The notes under the pieces are model-generated. The model ran no database searches, had not been told where the DNA came from, and saw only the letters and a list, made by a program, of their open reading frames with translations. This document shows positions 52,319 to 60,585 of a stretch of 60,585 nucleotides of DNA, one piece after another. The DNA is from Emiliania huxleyi CCMP1516. Taxonomy: Eukaryota. Positions within the stretch are counted from its first letter, which is position 1, and every line of letters begins with the position of its first letter. The translations under genes were made by a program, and so were the position numbers. The stretch is from contig NW_005201551.1 in assembly GCF_000372725.1 (NCBI RefSeq), positions 93,167-153,751 of the forward strand, read 5' to 3'.

Positions 52319-52772
52319 CCGGCAGGGCCAATGATCCACTCAGGGTCATCAGGCGAAAAATGGAACCCAGGAGTGAACGTACGAAGGATGCTAGTGCAAC
52401 GCGAGCACGACCAAGCAAGGCGCGCATGTAATTTGCAGATCGATCATCCGACCACCCCTGCATGCGCGGGCCTTGATCCGGTGCCGCTGAACGGCATTGG
52501 GCCAATCCTTGAGTGAGCGCTGAACACTGACTGTGCGTGAGGGAAGGTCGGTATTTGGAATGAGTGAGCCGTGTCTGATTGTGGCAGTCTGGTCTAGCGT
52601 GCGTGCAGCGATGGCTCGGAGCGTAGGTTAGCGCTCTGAGCCACGGCCTGTGGCCGGCTCTATTCCGGTACGGGCCCGCAGCGCTGTCAGCCTACGTCTC
52701 TGGACTGCCCTCTGCCGTCGCCATAGTTGCGTGATCATTTGGCTAGTTCCAGTTCTCACTCTGACACTTTAA

Positions 52773-54869
<2,097 letters not shown>

Positions 54870-54877
<8 letters not shown>

Positions 54878-54958
54878 ACAGTCCTGAGCTTGTCCAGACA
54901 GTGTCCAGACAGCGTCCAGACAGCGTCCAGACAGCGTCCAGACAGCGTCCAGACAGCG
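54870..54958. repeat. 11-bp tandem repeat (GTCCAGACAGC)n
   Basis: About 6-7 copies. Confidence 0.9.
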
Positions 54959-55081
54959 GCACATGGCTCCACTCTTCACAGTAAAGTCTCGCAGTCGTGG
55001 CCGGACGACCCCTGACAGCACCCCTGCCGAGGCCACTCCCCACCCACCCACCCACCCACCCACCCATCCACACAAACAAAT

Positions 55082-55366
55082 CGCGGTTTCTACCACGACG
55101 CGATCTTTGTCAAGCGCAACAACTTCAACCTGCTGCTCCACGAGACGTTCGGCGGCGGCTTCTCGCCCACCGCCGTTCTCAAGCTGCGCCGCCTCGCACG
55201 CAAAGTCGCGCGCGGCAGCGTTGACCGCACGGCCTACTCGCCCAAGTACTCGCTCTCTTTTATGTCCCACCATGCAGAGCGCATCTCTCTCTCTGTTGTG
55301 CGAGGCGTGAACCGCGCCATTCGCTCTCACCTGGCAACCCTGTCTGCACGTCTCGCGCGCGCGTGA
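55082..55366 (+). mobile_element. Third diverged RLE-type non-LTR-like C-terminal fragment (absent from the ORF track), with a (GAACTT)n-like tract at 55498-55541
   Basis: Manual translation: RGFYHDAIFVKRNNFNLLLHETFGGGFSPTAVLKLRRLARK...DRTAY...SFMSHHAERISLSVV...ARA*. Confidence 0.62.
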
Positions 55367-56209
55367 ACAGGGCTCCAGGCCCCAAATTACGTGTGAGTGT
55401 TAGAGTTGTTTGGTATTGCTAAAAATCTCTCTCCCATCCACACGCCGCTTTCTTTACTTGCCATTGAGGGGGGGGGGGGGGGTGCGTCTAGACAGCAGAA
55501 CTAAGAGAACTTGAGAACTTGAAGTTTGAACTTGTAGTTTTNNNNNNNNNNNNNNNNNNNNNNNNNNNNNNNNNNNNNNNNNNNNNNNNNNNNNNNNNNN
55601 NNNNNNNNNNNNNNNNNNNNNNNNNNNNNNNNNNNNNNNNNNNNNNNNNNNNNNNNNNNNNNNNNNNNNNNNNNNNNNNNNNNNNNNNNNNNNNNNNNNN
55701 NNNNNNNNNNNNNNNNNNNNNNNNNNNNNNNNNNNNNNNNNNNNNNNNNNNNNNNNNNNNNNNNNNNNNNNNNNNNNNNNNNNNNNNNNNNNNNNNNNNN
55801 NNNNNNNNNNNNNNNNNNNNNNNNNNNNNNNNNNNNNNNNNNNNNNNNNNNNNNNNNNNNNNNNNNNNNNNNNNNNNNNNNNNNNNNNNNNNNNNNNNNN
55901 NNNNNNNNNNNNNNNNNNNNNNNNNNNNNNNNNNNNNNNNNNNNNNNNGCCTGTCTGCGCGGCGCCGGGAGGGCCACCTCGAGGAGCCTGACTGGGCCGA
56001 CGCCCGCCCGCACCAGCGCGGCGGCGTTGGCGCCCCCGTGGTCGGTGCAGCGGAGCAGCGCGCGCAGAGAGCTGAGCGCCGCCGCGCCGAGTGGGCTCGG
56101 CGAGCCTACGGGCGAGCTGGCGGACTTCTCCCAAGGGCGAGCTGGCGGACTCCTCCGCATGCAAGGGCTGGGCAAGGGCAGGGTGAGACACCAACCCTCC
56201 CCCCCCAAA

Positions 56210-56695
<486 letters not shown>

Positions 56696-56799
56696 TGAAA
56701 GCACGCCCACCCTAGCGGGATTAGGCAAGTGCGTCTGATTCACAGCTTAGGAGAGTCAGCTCGTCGGAGCTGCTGTCGGCCCGCTGTCGGGCGCCACGC

Positions 56800-59700
56800 C
56801 GACACATGCTCCACCTTCAGCTCTCGGCGCCCGCCTGGCGCGGCACGGCGCGCCTTCGCCGCCCTGCCACGATTGGCGGCGGCACGTCCTCTCGCTCGCC
56901 CGCTCGCGCCGGCCTTTGGCCGCGCGGCGAGAGCCCTCTCGGCCAAGCCGGTGGACATTGACCCCTCCCTGCTCGGCGACACGTCCCTCTCCGGCGCGGC
57001 TGGCGACGGCGTGCCGGTCGGCACGCCGCGTCCGGGCTGGAACAAGTACGGCTACGCCACCCGCTGCGCCAGCGTCGTCAAGGCGAGCACCGCAGCCAGC
57101 GAAGCCACAAGCAGCGCCGCGTGCCGCTCTCCCACGCCACGCCGCCGCCGCTGCTCCGTTCGCAGCCGAGCACCGCCGAATGCACCAGCGGCACACGCAC
57201 TCTCGCCCGCAGCGCTCCCTGCTACAGCCGTGCATGCTAACGCCTCCCTTCAGGTCAGCGACTACGCGATCCGGCGCGTCAAGGCGCTCTCGCTGCCGAT
57301 CGTGCTCGGCTCCACGTTCGAGCTCGACGACTCGGCGCATGGCGCGCGGCTGCACGCCAAGAGCGAGACGGCCTACGCCGACGGGGACGGGCGACCGCCT
57401 GCACTCGATCTCGGCTCGATCTCGGCTCGATCTCGGCTCGATCTCAGCTCGATCTCGGCTCGATCTCGGCTCGATCTCGGCTCGATCTCAGCTCGATCTC
57501 GGCTCGATCTCGGCTCGATCTCGGCTCGATCTCGGCTGCTCGGCTCGATCAATCTCGGCTCAATCTCGGCTCCTCTCCGCCGCTAGGTACGTGTACTCTC
57601 GCTGGGGCTCTCCCACCAACGAGGGCGCGGCGAGGCAGGTGGCTGCGCTCCCCGTCTCCTTAGCCTGCGTACGGGCGCCCGTCTCCTTAGCCTGCGTACG
57701 GGCGCAGACCTCGCCTTCTGTGCTGCCATCACCTGCCTCCAACGCCACTGCTGCCAGTCTCCTGGTCAGAGCGACGGGCTGAGGTCGCCTACCGCTGCTG
57801 CTACCGCCTCCAGGTGGCGGCGCTTGAGGGCGTTGGCCCAGACAGCGACGGCGGCTGCATGCTCTTCTCGTCTGGCATGTCGGCCATCACCGCTTCGTTG
57901 ATGGCGGTCCTCAAGGCGAGGTCGTCGAGAACAGCCATCGAGAACTGAACCGCCATCTGGGATCACTAATGGCGGTCCTCGCGGCGGGCGATGGGTGGAT
58001 TGGTGAGTCGGTGGTTCGCTCATTGGTGGTGGGCGGTGCTGCTGGGCGATCACGCGAGACTATGTGATTCTGGCGAGAGATCAATCACCCAGTTTCACAG
58101 CTGGAGGTGTGAAGAGACGCCCTTCACATGGTGTGGCGATGCAATGCGGTTGTGGCGAGCGGCCAATCACGTGTGATGCGGCGCTACCGTTCTAGGCGGG
58201 CGACCACGCAGTCTTCCCCTTCACGGTCTTCGGAGGCACGCTGCGAGAAGCTGAGTCGAGCATCAGCTTGACCACGCGCTGGTTCACTGAACAGGTCTAC
58301 GGAGGGACGCACGAGTTTCTGGTCGAGTTTGCGCAGCACTGGGGCATCGAGTGAGATGTCGCCGAGATGTCGCCGAGATGTCGCCGAGATGTCGCCGAGA
58401 GACAGCCGAGATGCAGCCGAGGTGCAGCCGAGGTACAGCCGAGAGACAGCCGAGAGACAGCCGAGGTACAGCCGAGGTACAGCCGAGGTACAGCCGAGGT
58501 ACAGCCGAGAGACAGCTTGGCTGCTCTTCACCCCACACCACATATCTCGCCGCATCTCGCCATATCTCCCCCTCTCTCCTCGAGGTACTCGCTCGTCGAC
58601 GCGACCGACCCCGCCGCGTATGCCGCCGCCCTCCGCCCCTCCACCAAGGCGGAGCGCACGGCGACGCCCCGCCGAAGGCCGCGCGGCTCTCCGTGAAGCG
58701 GTTCGTTCCTTTGGCGGGTAGGTGGTGTACACCGAGTCGCCGGCAAACCCGACTTGCCGGCTGACCGACCTCGAGGCTTCATTAAGCTGTCTAATTAATA
58801 GTTAATAATCAGACTTTGATTACTAATACTTGCCGGCGGACCGACCTCGAGGCGGTCGGCGAGGTGGTGAAGAAGCATGCCGCCGCGGGGCACGCCAAGC
58901 CATGGGTGATGTCGGGGACGTGTCTAGGAAGTGTCTAGGAAGCGTCTAGGAAGTGTCTAGGCACGCCAAGCCATGGGTGATGTGCGACTCCACCTTCGCC
59001 ACCCCCTTCCACCAGCGCTGCCTCGAGGTGCCGGCCGTGGACACGTCGCGATCTCGCGATCCACTCTCGGGTGATCTCGGGTAATCTCGGGTAATCTCGG
59101 GTAATCTCGGGTAATCTCGCTGCCTCGAGGTGCCGGGCGTGGACGTTGCGATCCACTCCGCCACCAAGTACATCGGAGGCCATTCGGACATCCTCGCCGG
59201 CGCCGCCACCGCCGAGTCTGGCGAGCTCCTGCACGGTGTGAACGGCGTGTCTTCACACCGCCCCGCCGTGAACAGGCGCCGCCACCACCGAGTCTGGCGA
59301 GTTCCTGCACGCTCTTGCAAAGGTGCAAAAGCTGCTGGGCGCCCCGCTCGCCCCCTCGAGTCCTTCTAATGATTACTTATTAGACAGGAACTATTAATAT
59401 TTCATTAGGCGCCCCGCTCGCCCCCCTCGAGTCCTTCTAATGAATTACTTATTAGACATGAACTATTAATATTAATTAGGTGCCCCGCTCGCCCCCCTCG
59501 AGCCCTTTTAATGAATTTACTAGTTAGACATTCCTTATTAGTTAATATCTAATCAGGCGCCCCGCTCGCCCCCCTGGAGTCCTTCTTACTCGCGCGCGGT
59601 CTCCGCACCCTGCACGTCCGGATGGAGAGGCACGGGGAGAATGCGATGCGAGTGGCGAATTTGTTGGTTATTAGTGACAGGTCCCGAATTGACTAATTAA

Positions 59701-60370
59701 TTAGGCACGGGGAGAACGCGATGCGAGTGGCGAAACTGCTGGAGGCGTCGCCCCTGGTGGAGCAGGTCCCTCTACCCCGGCCTGCCCTCCCCGACGAATT
59801 AGTAATTCACACTTGATTGAGGAATGAATGAACCAGGTCTTCTACCCCGGCCTGCCCTCCCACCCGGACCATGAGCTCGCCAAGCGCGTCTTCAGCTCGG
59901 GCGCGGAGTTTGCCGCTGCTCCGCCCAATGGAGCTGAACTCGGGTAGCTAGCCGTGGGTCGCGAGTCGCTGTTCTTAGGCGGGCCGGGCTGCCGCTCTCG
60001 CCGCGCCCAGTCCTTCGGAGGCGTGCCCGCCCTCAGTTCCGAATCAGTTAGTTCACTGGTTAGCCACTGCTTGGTTTGCTAACCAAGCATGCTCGCCTTC
60101 ATTTCCTAGATCCAATCAGTTCGTTCATGGGTTAGCACTAGTTCATTAACCAGGCGTGCTCGCCTTCATTTCCTAGATCCAATCAGTTAGTTCATGGGTT
60201 AGCACTAGTTCATTAACCAGGCGTGCTCGCCTTCATTTCCTAGATCCAATCAGTTAGTTCATGGGTTAGCCACGAAGCAACTGGTTGATTAGGCATGCTC
60301 GCCTTTATCATCGCGGGCGACGACGAGACGGCGCTGCGGCGGGGCCGGCGCCTCTGCGAGCGGCTCGAGG
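56800..60370 (+). CDS. Cys/Met metabolism PLP-dependent enzyme (methionine gamma-lyase / cystathionine gamma-lyase or synthase family), multi-exon, 3' end beyond the window; start uncertain
   Basis: Exonic motifs in order: LPIVLGSTF, YVYSRWGSPTN, LFSSGMSAITASL, VYGGTHEF, VVYTESPANPT, CDSTFATP, HSATKYIGGHSD (PLP lysine), LARGLRTLHVRMER|HGENA, VFYPGLPSHP, FGG|MLAF. The R/A-rich N-terminus resembles a transit peptide. Confidence 0.9.
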
Positions 60371-60585
60371 TGACCACGCTCTCTTTTTTGTTCATTGACT
60401 GAACACGCTCGGGTGGGGGGGCAAGGGGGGGGGGGGGGAAAGGGGGGGGGGGGGGTTCATTTACCTGAACCCCCTCGCGGGGGGGGGCAAAGGGGGGGGG
60501 GGGGGGGGGGGGGAAAAAAAAACACCCTGCTTTTGCGGGGGAGAGAGAAAAAACCCCCCCCCGCCCCCCCTAAAAATTTGGGGGG

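Noticed and set aside
60405..60585. G-quadruplex-like or regulatory G/C runs (also 985-1250)
   Set aside because: Homopolymer-rich, low-quality sequence at contig ends, probably sequencing noise.

Overview
GC-rich, intron-dense eukaryotic genomic DNA with four assembly gaps. The organism is inferred, not proven, to be a haptophyte such as Emiliania/Gephyrocapsa huxleyi, from the high GC, many GC-AG introns and 10-11 bp intronic microsatellites. Host genes: an intronless ankyrin + U-box E3 ligase (-); a ~25 kb VPS13-family gene (-, 34080 to 8861) with C2 and tandem IQ motifs; a 5'-truncated HET-like + LRR gene (+) between two 507-bp inverted repeats; a half-size ABCB transporter (-); an unknown basic/hydrophobic protein (+); a TAP-like alpha/beta hydrolase with a collagen/TM/polyproline stalk (+); a Cys-rich gene fragment (+); and a Cys/Met-metabolism PLP lyase (+) running off the right end. 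Mobile DNA includes an RNase H ORF split by an 815-bp MITE (11-bp TIR, 8-bp TSD), three diverged non-LTR-like C-terminal fragments, and a 1.47-kb retroposon with an 11-bp TSD. The most striking signal is how introns are built. Many are about 70 nt and consist of a duplicate of the adjacent exon, which supplies a GC/GT donor, plus a reusable filler that supplies the AG. One retroposon insertion has a CAG|GT target-site duplication that would make it a perfectly removable intron. Exon boundaries were read by eye and have no transcript support.
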